The translations under genes and the position numbers were made by a program. A stretch of 59,695 bases of DNA, filler included, from Sphacelaria rigidula (taxonomy: Eukaryota), in the NCBI GenBank assembly GCA_964200075.2. It is 5 parts of 5 records of this genome, joined end to end, with 100 filler letters (N's around TTAATTAATTAA, not from the genome) between each part and the next. Parts side by side here need not be neighbours in the genome. Positions count along the whole stretch, not along the records: positions 1 to 11,861 come from CAXNAA020004410.1; 4 more parts are not named here. One strand, 5' to 3'. The notes below the pieces were generated by a model. The model saw only the letters and a program-made list of their open reading frames with translations, was not told where the DNA came from and did not search any database. Every line of letters begins with the position of its first letter. Position 1 is the first letter of the stretch. Of this stretch, positions 1-11,961 are shown one piece after another.

Positions 1-2728
1 CAAAACCGTATCCATCCACAAACGACCCATTGGCGGAAGTAACACACTTTCCAACACACCCCCCCCCCCCCCCCAGAAGTACCTGGTTTGGGGAGGCAAA
101 ACCTTCACGTAAATCGAAATGAAAAGAGCCGGGCACAACGAGCAGCTGGGAATCCCCACGCTTGGGTTCGTTATCGCTAATGCCGCCCATATGAGGCGCT
201 TCATGCAGCCTGAATTCAAACATCAGGCGCTGTATGACCATTTTTTTCGTGACACCTTTGGGCTGTTTTTTGGGGGGAGGGGGGTGGCTATCGTAGAAAG
301 TATCGTACGCGTTCAAGAATTACCATTGACTACCATTCAGACAGATGCTGTCTGAGGCCACAGGCTACTTTTGTTCGACCGGCCTTCCAGGGAATGAGAC
401 ATTCCTGTTACGTAATTCGAAATAGTTCATGGTGGTGATTGGCCTGCAATATTCACCCATTCTCTTTTCGATACATCTTCATGTCTTCGTGTATGGTACA
501 CACAGACGAGTAATCGCGGATTGTTCGTGAGAGCGTCCTTCGAGCCGCTTCTTGGACGCACAAATTCGTTTGAAATCTTGCTGCAAGCCGCGAGCCCGTG
601 TGTGGGTAGGTCTACTACGCAGTCCTAATTCTCCGCACACAGCTGTACAGAGAAGAAGCTGGAGTTCCGCAGTGTACGTTCATTTATCCGCGTGAAGAAA
701 AATCATACAACGCACAACACAACGACGGTCGTGTAGCATGAAAAAAGAATAAATTATTTTAGCTGCACCGAACACGCACACGCACACCTTGCCTGCCCCC
801 CCCCCCCCTCCCACGTTCATCAACCATCTGACAAAAGCCCTCACACGTAAGCGCGCGCACACACACACACATACACACACATGAATCACACCACATAAAA
901 CACGCACTTTACTCCCACAAAAACACTAATCGAACAATGCTACGAGTATACTGCAGTGTATCACGACACCGGACACCGCAACAGGCCATCCCTCCGTCCA
1001 GCAACATATTGTGCAACCATGTGACGTGTACTGGTCAACTGTCGATAATTGGAAACATATCACTAGAAAAACAAATGACGACCCCGCCCCTACTCCCTCT
1101 TCCCTTCATGCCCTCCCCCCTTCCTTCCTCCCCCTCCGTCACGCGCACGCTTAATTGTTGGTCATGATTCATTATTTTGTTTTGGTTCCATGTTTCTAGA
1201 AGCAACTCGAGCGCTCCTCTCTTGTTCTTTCTTTTTTCGCTAAATTAAATTAAACTGACACCGCGTGAGTACACTGCTAGCGAAAGTAATACAAGAAGAC
1301 AAATAAAACGCGAGAAACTTTCACAAAAAGAGTCCTAGTAGTACAAGACATACAGAATACCTGAAATTGATCTGAACCGACCATTGTCTTGAGTATGGTA
1401 CACATTTATGCACGAATATTTAATATATGCAGCACATGTGAGATTGGTCGGTTTTACGTCGTGACCTTGTCGTGTGCTTACCCATTCCCTCCGTATTCGT
1501 TTATATATACCACGTAAACAGGAATACATAAAATAAATAAATGGTGTACTGATGTGTACATGGCCCTTTGACCTTACCTGTTTCGTTGAGTTTTTTTAAC
1601 CTCCCTTTCTTTAATCTAAGCTTTTTTCTTACCTTAATTTAGACGAAAAAAGAGCCTGCCGGTTTTTGAAAGAAAATGTTGATCTTTTGAAGAACAAAAC
1701 AACGTTTGATTCTCGGGGGAAAAGAGGGAAACATGCTGATTGCTTTTTCCCGTATGTTTTTAGAGTGAGTTAGTGGATAAAAAAAAAAAATGCTCGTTTT
1801 CCCCCTTTTTCTTGTCATCTTCGCCCTTCCAAGCTTGTGCGTTTGCGCCAAGGGGGGCAGCATGCACAAGGTGTTTCTGTTCAGTCGCACTCGAAGCAGA
1901 GGCAGTCCTCCGGCAGCCCTTTGCGGGCGCAGAAGTCATCACAGTCCGTCTGGCAGAAACGGCACCTGGGGTACGCACAGCAGTATTCGAAGAGGCAACA
2001 TATCGTTGTTGATAGAGACACAAAATATCGTTGATTATCGGCGTACGTGCGGTGCATTACATACGTAAGTCCTTGTCGTCTTCCATTTCGTGTGCGGTTA
2101 CGCGCAGAACTGCATGTGTTCACATTTCCCATCAGCCAATTCTGAATCTGCCCTTGTGTGTGTAAGAGAGAGAGAGAGAGAGAGAGAGCTCTGTCTCGTG
2201 TAAGGACTAGCATGGACGGTATCGAAAAAATGACAGTACACCTGTGACCAGGGGGTCGAGAGATCGGACTACTATGCGGAAATAATGATCATGGTCGTTT
2301 GACTACAGTAGTAATGACAGCGAGAAAAAAAGCGTTTACGAGTATACAATACTTGGTGAAACTGTGTATTTCTGTCGCACTAGCTAGCTACTAGTGAGCG
2401 TTCATCGTCCCGCACGTCAATGTAGCGTTGCCAATTGCCATCGGGAAGCACATAAAATGTTCCAAAACAATACCTTGAGATATCGAGACTCTTCAGGTTT
2501 TGAAACGTATATATATATATATAGAAATATAGAACTCGAGGAAGCTACTTTTCATATGTTTTCTTGGCGTCTCTCTTAAATTTTTCGTTCTGGCGATAGT
2601 CCAGTTTATTGCGTTTGTTTTTGTGATTAGTCTGGAGTCTCAGAAAAAGGAATGACGAGGGCTCCATGTCTTCTAAGGAATAGCAAGGGTGGTATTGGAG
2701 AGACTTGCCTACCTCAGTGAGCACGTAT

Positions 2729-2990
2729 TGAACAATGCTACGGTAGGGGTGCAATTTTTTCGCGAAACTTTGTCTGGTTTGGGGACTCCTAACGAATTCA
2801 GACGCACAAAAAATATGGGTCAGGGCATCCCCGTTTGCAGATTTATTCGGGATATCCCCAGCACATTGGAATAGTAACCTTGGCGTACTCTGGCATATTT
2901 CCATAGGTCGTGTTTTGGATCAGATTAAGGGCTCCTAATAACTCTAACCTCAGAAATTATTTGTGTACCCCTACCGTAGCATCACTCTAT
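2729..2990. mobile_element. MITE inserted into an AAT-tailed retroposon copy
   Basis: Inverted termini ATGCTACGGTAGGGGT (2737) and ACCCCTACCGTAGCAT (~2967). The host element resumes on both sides (2673-2726 and 2990-3030). Confidence 0.65.
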
Positions 2991-3825
2991 TCGAGAGATC
3001 GGACTAGTGTGCGGAAATAAAAATAATCATAATATACTTTACAGTGGAAAATGTGTTGCATCAGGACGTTCGGGGTCCAGGATGATGGAATCACCAAGAG
3101 CTACACAGAAGAACCATGGACCTGACAATTCTAGATATAACAAAAGATAAAAAAAAAAAATTATGACGAAAGTTTTGTATGGTAATGAAGACAAAGAAAA
3201 AAAAAGTGTTCGGAATCGTGGAAAAATAGTATCCCTCAACGACGCCCCCGAAGGAACCTTTTAGGGAAGTGGAGGTTTAACCAACCCGTTGGGGGTCTTC
3301 AGTTTGAAAGTTGAAGGATCGACTCCGCGAGGTTGTGGAAAAATTTTCCAGGGACATCTGTAGAACCGACCTCGACATCTACCGGTATGATTTGGTCCAG
3401 GTATGCTAGCGGCATATGTCGCACTTTTTTTTTTCCCTCGGACCGCCCTGGAACGTACGTTTGAGAGGTGTCATATTTCACGATTCCGAAGCCGATTTTT
3501 TCATTTACATCGTTTCTACACAATTTTTATGATCCCGTTTTTTCGAAAAACCCTGTCATACTTTATGTTTTCGCCTGTCTCTCTTCCTTTGCAAGAAAAA
3601 ATGTCTCGGGAAAGTTAACGCCTTAGCTCTCTCAGTGATTTGTTTTCACTGTAGATATATCTTCTTGTTTTTTTCTTCATTCAAATGGTATTGCTTCTTT
3701 GTTTTTATTGTCGTGGAACACCATTGTTCATTGTACGAGCAGGGATATACTACTTGGTGATTATTGATCTCGGATAAGCTTCAAGACGGTTGGTCCCGAC
3801 TTGTCATGTACATGAGTTTTTAATT

Positions 3826-4320
3826 TGATTGATTGATTGATTGTCGCACTATAACGGACCCCCCAGGGGCCCAGCCGTGGTCTCATCATAGACGCTCCCA
3901 AGAAAAACAAAACTGAAACACTCGCTGAAATAAAAAGAAGGAAGAGAAAAAAAAAAAGAGTCGAACAGAACGACACGGTAGACTAAAATGTAAAAGAAAA
4001 AAAGATTAATAAGAAAAAAAAGTCAACAAGAGCAGAGCACAGAAAGAAATGGCCGACCTAAAACGAACATTAAGCGAGGAAAATATTTCGTATTTCGCAT
4101 TTACTGAGCAGTGGATTCAATCACTGGTTGCTAACCAACGTATAAATAGGTTATTGAAGAACTCGAAGACAGACGACGGGCTGCGAGTGTTCCCGATGAT
4201 CCAGTGCTAGGTAAATGGGGATGCAAGGTAGATATGGACCAGGAGAGACTGTGACGACGGCTGGGTCCCTGGGGGGTCAGTTAAAGTGCGACGATCAATC
4301 AAATCAAAATGAAATCAAAG
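3826..4320. repeat. Two inverted copies of a ~60-bp (CAAT)n-tailed retroposon end
   Basis: ACGGCTGGG(C/T)CCCTGGGGGGTC.GTTA.AGTGCGAC.ATCAATCAA at 3826-3885 (-) and 4250-4320 (+). Confidence 0.6.
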
Positions 4321-4694
4321 AGGCAGGGAGGGGGAGGGAGGAGATGGGTTCAATGTCAACATAATGTGAAACTCGTATACACGAGCACAGCAAGTCTGTC
4401 ACCTGTACCGACCGCGTTTCCACGCAGATTGAGAGCGACTGAATTCTCTGGGGAGAATCGAGTCTCTCGGATTCTACTTGTCGGGTGTTTCTTTGGTTGC
4501 TCGATTGGTTTGGTTACCTCCCGTAAACTTGCATCGCCACGCCATCTAGCCGTGGTTCACCCCAGCTACGTGTGCCCCAGGACCACGACAAAAAACACGA
4601 AAACTGTTGGGGGGTGGAATGGTGAGGGAAACCAACTCTTTTAGCACTCGTCTTGTCCAATTCGAATCTCTCAGAAACTTGCTTTAGCACTTAC

Positions 4695-6602
4695 CCATCT
4701 AGGCCGTAGGCTTTGCACCAGGGACCGCCCATGGCGATACAGCTCTCCTCGCATGTCATACCTCGCCCGGTAACCTCCAGGAGTCCGAGCTCAGTCGGAG
4801 GAATCTGCAGAAAAAATATCCACGGGAGTTATAGAGGGAGCAACGTTTGTATGCCTATGTTTGGTGCCAAAGCTGATGGACGCTTGGACGCACCGGTAAC
4901 ATCAATACAGTTACGTAAGATATTAAAAACACTCGCAAGGCGTGTGGATGGTGTCTGGAACCTGCTGCAACAGAGCTGCCGGGTAGCCTTTACGCTTGGT
5001 CACAAGGCCAGCTCAATTACACCCCAATCAACACTATCGGATGGAAAATGACGATATTTGCATGTTGCACACCTGCTACGCAAACCTGTTTCTCACGCAC
5101 CGTCTCAGATGGTACTGTGCCCTGACTCAACTGAAAGATGTCGCTCCATTCATACAAAAGTCCAGATATGTGCATACATATGATCTCCCCCCCAAAAAAA
5201 CAAATGATCCGTAGTTTTAGGGAATCAACCTATATCTGCCACGGTTCATGCTCGGAGCTTTGGTATTATCGCGAATCGGGTCAACAGGCCCGCACCGCGC
5301 CGACTCTCGTCAAACGTTTGTACTACATGCGAAGCTCTTCACACTTTTTATGTACAAGCTACAACGAGCTAATCGTCTATTCGCAAGTGATGAGGAGTTC
5401 ATTCACGTTTCTGTTCGACCCTCTGATCGCCAGCGTTCAACCGGCACCATCTTCACTGAAAAAACACAACGCCACGGACCCAAATAACCAACCCACCCTG
5501 ACGGCCAAGGGGTGAACACACATGTGCACGCGCATAGACGCCGGCATACAGGAACAAAAACAAAATCTCATCTCCGCCACCTCGCTCGCCAATCCATGCC
5601 CGTTGAAGGCTTGGCGTCGGTTGGCAACGACGCTGAAAAACAATCAACTCACTGCGTACGCTAGGCAATCGGGTTACCGTTACGTTTCTCGCCTGCGTAT
5701 TTAAGCGGTAACCATAATGGTGAGTTGGATCATATTGTGCGGGGTGAGAGAACCTCGACTCCGCGCGAAGGGGATGATCGTAGTACGTAGTGTCGAAACG
5801 GTGAGACATTCATTCGGCAGAGTGCAGCCCGTGGCTGTCTCTAGAAGTGGCGATACCAGACAATGAAGCAACCACTTCGAGGCTGTCATCAATACGCAAA
5901 ATAATTAGTACGCTTTGGGCCGGGCAATCTCAGCGGGATGCAGTTCCCCCCTGCTGCAACTCGCCAAACACATCACGGGGCTTCGCGCCCGGTGATTGCG
6001 AGCTTGGTCCGGCAAAAACCTCGCGTATTTTGTGCCGGCTTTGTAAGGATGCAAGATCAACGGTCATGTGACCACGCCATGCAAGATCATGAGTACACCC
6101 CGCCTCGCCCATCCATTGACCCACCTGATCGTAGCACGACTGCGTATCCCCAGGGGTACACTCCACAAACGGCATGCCATCATCCAGTAAAGCCTGCGTC
6201 GGCGCAGCCGTAAACTCTGGGTAGATCCCTCGTCCTCTCCTCCCCAGCATTGTGGGCGATGCCGTGAACTCCGCACCCCCGCGGTCCCTCATGCCCACAG
6301 TAGGAGCAGCAGTATCGAAGAACCCGCCTCTGGAGGATGACGTAGGGGCCGCCGACTCGAACATTCCTTCCTCAGACACGGCCGTGGGCATCATGGTCAT
6401 CGCCGGGGCTAAGGTTTTGAAGCCCTTGCCGTCATTGGGGCCGCGGGGGTCGGACAACACGGTGGGGGACGGCGTTACCGCAGCGCTGGGCGGGACGGTG
6501 GGCGGGGCCTGCGTGGGGTGGGGGGGGCACTTGACGCAAGAGCTGCAGTTGTCTAGGCCGTCGCCGCACACAGACATGCAGTCCCGTGTGCACATGCGGC
6601 AT
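4695..6602 (-). CDS. Partial multi-exon gene: Cys-rich protein with Pro/Thr-rich (TAAPT-type) linker, probably secreted or cell-surface
   Basis: Exon 6602-6125 (cag| ... CRMCTRDCMSVCGDGLDNCSSCVKC, then PTQAPPT/TAAPT repeats, CTPGDTQSCYDQ|gtgggt) joins in phase 0 to exon 4804-4695 (ttttttctgcag|IPPTELGLLEVTGRGMTCEESCIAMGGPWCKAYGLDG|gtaagt). Flanking exons could not be identified reliably. Confidence 0.7.
5608..6110 (+). mobile_element. About 500-bp family-A retroposon copy ending GATCATGAGTACACCCC
   Basis: Continuous similarity to the reverse complement of 7020-7535. The 3' ~110 nt recur at 11778-11822, 23781-23821, 24763-24868, 35925-35970, 36322-36450, 36452-36565, 38230-38330 and 53568-53665. 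Confidence 0.8.
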
Positions 6603-6699
6603 CTGATTTACGGATGCGTATGAAGGGGCAAAAGGGAGGGAGGGAGGGTAGGGGGGGGGGGGGTCGGGGGGTGTTTCTATTGTTCATTGCTATGCCGCT

Positions 6700-6964
6700 G
6701 CGACCCGGTGGTGTAATGGTCCAACTGTCGCCATTGGGGTGGAGAGAACGAGGGTTCGATTGCCGATGCGTCGGGTTTTTTTTCTTCGCAGTGTATGATT
6801 TCCACCGTGGAAAGCGTGAGAACGTGAGTAAGTAGAGCGGGAGTGCTGACCCAATCCGCGAGACCAAAATGTAAGGCACGTACCGGGGGAGAAATGGGTT
6901 GATCCCTTGAGACCACTGACTCATCCCGAGGAAGGGGGAGGGTTCAAAGTGCGAGGAAAAAAAA
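6700..6964 (+). mobile_element. tRNA-derived SINE
   Basis: A box TGGTGTAATGG, B box GGTTCGATTGC, T run, conserved body GCGGGAGTGCTGACCCAATCC and A-rich tail. Second copy at 14341-14617. Confidence 0.75.
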
Positions 6965-7019
6965 TAGTTTGACCATTGAACACGCATCTCTTTCGAGAAG
7001 GAGGAGGGCGCGGGGGCGG

Positions 7020-7535
7020 GGGGAGGGGGGGGAAGGGTACTCATGGTCATGCATGCCATCATCATGAGACCATTGACCGCCCATCCCTACAAAGCCGGGA
7101 CGCAGCACGCCGGGGTTTCGCCGGACCAGGCTCGCACTCAATCACCAAGTGCGAAGCGCCGTGGTGTGTTCGGCGAGTCGCATAGGGTGTGAGCTGCATC
7201 ATACTTAGCTGGTTCGGCTCGAAGCCTCCTGACTATCTTGCAATTGGATGACATCCTACGATGACTTGCTTCATTTTCTGGTATCGCCACTTCCAGAGAC
7301 ATCCACGGCTTATACACTGCCTCATGGGTGTGTCACCATTTAAACACTAAGTAGTACGATCATCCCCATTTTGCGGAGTTGAGATTCTCTCACACCGGAC
7401 GGCATGATCTAGCTCGACCACCATCATGGTTACCGAAAAAAAACGCATGCGCGCAAAAACAATCGTTAAGCTGGTTGCCTAGCTGACGCAGTGAGTGGCG
7501 TGTTTGACGGCGTCATCGCCAACCGACGCAAACCC
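7020..7535 (-). mobile_element. About 500-bp family-A retroposon copy (inverted partner of 5608-6110)
   Basis: Reverse-complement match over the whole length. Terminates in a G-rich run at ~7000-7037. Confidence 0.8.
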
Positions 7536-7827
7536 CATCGGGGGTCCGTACCTACAGAGCCATGATGGAGCACGCCGGCTTCTCGCCGGACCAGGTTGTA
7601 CGCGGCGGGGGGGTTGATGTAATTGATTGATATGAAATGTTGACATTTCTTGATTTGCGTTTTATTTCGATTTTTGTTTCTTATATTGTTGTGTCCTGAT
7701 TTTTTTTCTCAATTCGGTCGAGTGGTTGAGTTTTGATTAACTCGATTTCTATTTCATTTTATTTTGACTTGATTTTTTGTCTGAATGCTGGATCCAATAA
7801 GATTATTCAGTGACAAAGTTGAGTGAC

Positions 7828-7880
7828 ATGATCCGATCCGATTCGATTCGATTCGATTCGATTTGATATGATATGATCCG
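7828..7880. repeat. (GATTC/GATCC/GATAT)n pentamer array
   Basis: Direct reading. Confidence 0.85.
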
Positions 7881-9636
7881 CTTCCATTTATGTCGAATTG
7901 AGTGAATGGTTGATTGCCTCCGATTGACAGAAGGGGAGGTGGAAGGGGGGGTGAGCGTACACGTGTACGTGTGTGTTTTCTGGTTTTCAACAACACATGG
8001 AGCAACTACGTGCTGAACAGCACCGAACTTACCCGGTAAGAATCACGTCAGCAACAAACTCCGGTCAAATTCGGGGATGGGCAAGGAATAGAGCGTGAGA
8101 GATCGGGCCGGTCTAATGATCCAGTACTATTTCCTCTCTAAATATAAGAAAGAAGATACTCATAGTTCGGGTGAGGGTGGGATATAAGGGTTGAACCCTG
8201 GGCCCAAAACAGGGGTTTGTACTGGCTGGTCAGTTCTGTGCCCCTAGACAATTATTTCTGTAAGCTTTGATCAATTGACCGATTGATTGATTGTTGGGTC
8301 GTCTCACAAGATCCGCTCTGCTGTGAAATCAACCGGTGGGTGTAAAAAACAAAAATAAATCGATGATGAAGGGTAGGAACTAAGAAGCTTACAGAAGAAC
8401 TCAAGATCGGAAGCAAAAAGCGGCCGACAAACCTTCAGGGCATGCTTTCGGTACATCGACGGGCTCTGCAGCAGCCGCAACATCTGGGGCGTGCAAAATC
8501 GCAAATCGCGCTTGCCGAGGGCACGTATTCTTCGACCAGCGTTGCTTTAAACTATCCACCTAGCGGCCGAAAGCTTTGGGCGCTCCGGGAAAGTGCGAGG
8601 AGGAAGTAGTTGACCAGGTAGCCACCGGTGTGTGGAGAGGAGGAGCGTGGGATTGGATACCAGCAAAAGGGGTTCTTCTGGTGAGGGTAAATATTGCAGG
8701 ATTTGTAGCGAGTCAGGTCGCCATTTCCGGGAGGACGATGTAACACCCCTATTTAGCGCCGCGAGGAGATAAGAAGCCGCCGGAGATAGTAGCCTTCACC
8801 CGAGGAAGTAGGGTTGGAGCCTCGACAAAACATTATTGGAGTAGCCGAACGTCTCCTCCGGCTCTTTTGCTGTACGCTTGGGCCTGATCGTTTTTGTTTG
8901 TTTGTTCGTTTGTTTGTTTGCTTGTTTGTTTTTCACATTCGAGTCTTTGTTCAGCTTTGGCGTGTATGTCTTAGCCCACTATTATGTCGTCGTTCTGTTC
9001 GACTTTTTCTGTTCCTCTTTTTTTTTTCTTCGGCGAGTGTTTTCAGTCTTGGTTTGTCTTGGGTACGCCTATCATATGAAGAATGACCACGGCTGAATCC
9101 CTTGAGGGTCAATTAAAGTACGACAACCATTCAAATGAGATCAAGTTCTATCGCGGCTGCTTTTCGAACAGATGTCTTCAGTGTTTTCTGTTCCGAACTT
9201 TTCGCCCCATGCTCGGGTTGGTTGGTTTTCGGTGTTGGATTAGGTCCATCGTTCTCTTTTCTCGTTGATCCTTTGCTATCGAATTCTATATTTGTCATTC
9301 GACCTGGTGGCTTTGTTGGCCGATCGCGAGATATATTTACCCAGATATCCATCATTTATACATCATGTATATGCGAATTGAAGGGGGACAACTGCTTTTA
9401 TTTCCTGAAAGGGTATTTTTTTTTTCAGTTGGTTAAGCGTTGACGTACTGTACACGAGTCCTTTTCGTCTCTTTGCGGCGGTTATTCGTAGAACTACATG
9501 TTGACGTAATTTCCATCAGCCTGTTCTGAGTCTGCCATTGTCAAAACTAAATGTGTGGTGGTAGCAATGATAACGACGATATAATAAGGATAATAACAAC
9601 CATATAATAAGGATAATAACAACCATATAATAAGGA

Positions 9637-9668
9637 CAACAACAACAACAACAACAACAACAACGACG

Positions 9669-9741
<73 letters not shown>
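9637..9741. repeat. (AAC)n microsatellite
   Basis: Direct reading. Preceded by a duplicated ~24-nt ATAATAAGGATAATAACAACCATAT unit. Confidence 0.95.
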
Positions 9742-9742
<1 letters not shown>

Positions 9743-9854
9743 ATCAATAGTAATGGTGAGCAATATTAATTAATAGTTGCACAAGAAACAGATAATAATT
9801 TCATAAGCTGCACAAACGTTTGCACGCCATCGTCTTGCACAAACACCGTCGTGG

Positions 9855-10620
9855 CTTAGACCCACTTTTATGGCAACGAATCTCCATTTGTACAAATGTG
9901 TGGATTTCAGCCCGTCTACAGGCGACTTTCTCCCGTAGATTGATTTTTTCGGACCCCAGTCTGTTGGGCAATGTTTTTCGCTTAGCTGTGAGCAAACCAA
10001 GCCAATTCTCCGATTCTCTGGACGTTGACTTTTGGTATAACACCTTTCTGCCCAAACCGGGACACTCCCGCACCTCCCTCGATTTTTTTGAAAAAATCGG
10101 GGGAGATGCGGGAGTGTCCCGATTTCAGTAGATAGACGGGGTTTTTTTGTCCTTTATTATCTTCTCTCTTCCTTTCTTTCAGTGTATACTTCTGACAGAT
10201 CTGGCGTTTGTTGTTTGTTCGTTCGTTTTTTCTTTCTTTATTTTCTCTCCCCATTGAACTCGGGGGAGCTACTTCTCACCGGTTTTCGTGGCGTCGATCT
10301 TCTTATTTTTTCTTCATTTGGGTAATGTGTCTGGTAAGGAGTAGCAGGGACGGTATTGGAAAGGCTAGCCTACGTCTGTGACCACGGGTGCGCGAGATCG
10401 GACTAATGTGCGGAAATTAGAATGATAATACATAATGAGATGATGTATCGAAAGTCAACACCCAGGAAATCGGAGAATTGATCTGGTTTGCTTACAGCCA
10501 GCCGAAAAACACTGTCCAACGGACTGGGGTCCGAAAAATCAATCCACGGGAGAAAATCGCCCGTAGGCGGGCGGAAATCCTCATATTTGTGCAAATCGAG
10601 ATTCGTTGCCATAAAAGGGG
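9855..10620. repeat. About 175-bp inverted repeats (9855-10038 and 10446-10620) enclosing a hairpin and a retroposon end
   Basis: CTTTTATGGCAACGAATC...GTTGACTTT versus AAAGTCAAC...GATTCGTTGCCATAAAAG. The same terminus recurs at ~12073-12101. Confidence 0.7.
10334..10430 (+). mobile_element. About 95-bp retroposon 3' end with (AAT)-like tail
   Basis: GTAAGGAGTAGCAGGGACGGTATTGGAAAGG...GAGATCGGACTAATGTGCGGAAAT. Copies at 2200-2290 (+), 2673-3030 (+, split), 37185-37282 (-) and 58700-58797 (-). Confidence 0.7.
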
Positions 10621-11861
10621 GGTCTTCACCAACTCCTCCCTCACTAGACTATCATTTGGATAATGACCCTGGTTCGAACTTAATCCTTATCTTGTGGCGG
10701 CGGGGGGGGGGGGGGGGGGAAAAATTTATGTGTTCGTAATTTTACCCATCGGGCCCGAAAATGCCGCCCCACCCCCCCCCCCCCCCCNNNNNNNNNNCTA
10801 TTGCGTTTGTTGTTTGGGTGTGGTGTGGGTGCGTGTTTTGGTCGTTGTGGTGGGGGGGGGGGGGGGGGGGGGGAGGTGAAATATTTATGTGTTCGTAATC
10901 TTACCCATCGAGCCCGAAAATGTCGCACCACACCCCCCCCGCGCCCTCGCTGAGGCATGAGGATGTGCAGTACATATCGAACCCCTGGACAATGACAAGT
11001 AAATCAGACGGAGGGATGTGGGCGTAGGATGGCAAGGGAAGAAGGGTCAAGGAGTCACGACATACATGTTGGTGTACTTGATATTCTTAATTCTTGATGT
11101 GCTTGATGTTGTTAGTGTGCCACATGATGTCAGCGCTGTTCACAGATTCCCTAGCAATTCTGTTGCCGTGGCTGCGGCCGACGGCCGAATGATCTCAGTT
11201 TATATGTATATATATACTCTTGGATACCATGTTAGTGCAGGATATGAAAACTCGCCCGAGAAACGAGAAACTTTCTAGCTGGTCTAGTCTGTTCTGCTCT
11301 GTGGTTATTCACCTATTTCCACGGTCCCTGCACCGACCTGTTGGGAGGTTTTTGCTCACGGCCGGTACTAGATCCTCACCTCAACGTGTTTTTATTTTCC
11401 TTTCTCTTCTTGTTCTCTACAGTTTTTTGCCGTCGGGATTTTTCCCATTTTCTGTCTTTCTCTCGAGTTTCCTTCAGCGAGTGTTCCAAATCCACTTATC
11501 CCGAGCAAGTCTTTTCGGTGGCTCACGTCACGTGAAATTCCGAAGAACGCAATGCTATGCGGCACGCATCGCGGTAGGTATCTATCGTATGCTTAGGGGT
11601 CCACCAAGCACTGTTCCGATCGTAATTGTGGCGGCTTTCCGACTTCCTGGCTGACTTCCTTAGTGACTCCCTTAGTGACTCCCTTACTGACAAAAACAAC
11701 AAAGACGCCTTCTTTCCCCCCAAAGGTGAGACGACAGAGGCGGGGCGGCGGCCGAGGGGGGGGGGGTGGGTAGGGGGTGGTCATGATCATGCATGCCATA
11801 GTCGTAGGACCATTGACCTCGGGGGTGGGGGGGGAATCTGCATATGCGCTGCTTATGCTTC

Positions 11862-11961
11862 NNNNNNNNNNNNNNNNNNNNNNNNNNNNNNNNNNNNNNN
11901 NNNNNTTAATTAATTAANNNNNNNNNNNNNNNNNNNNNNNNNNNNNNNNNNNNNNNNNNNN
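11862..11961. other. Artificial scaffold linker (N44-TTAATTAATTAA-N44)
   Basis: 100-nt N block with a central all-frame stop linker. Identical linkers at 23822-23921, 35781-35880 and 47739-47838. Confidence 0.97.

Noticed and set aside
5938-6213. Recurrent peptide SLVRRKPGVL.PGFVGMRGQWS.D.GMHDHEY in several ORFs as a protein family
   Set aside because: It is the translation of the family-A repeat. There is no consistent start or splice context, and copies carry indels.
9494-9763. Poly-Val/poly-Leu ORFs, and the YVCM-repeat ORFs at 57179-57521
   Set aside because: These are translations of microsatellites.
10700-10945. Short duplications flanking 10-N gaps next to G/C runs (also 14050-14275, 23380-23600, 54180-54385)
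   Set aside because: Each pair straddles or adjoins an N10 gap, and one copy is usually degraded after a homopolymer. Most likely an assembly artefact from unmerged overlapping contig ends.
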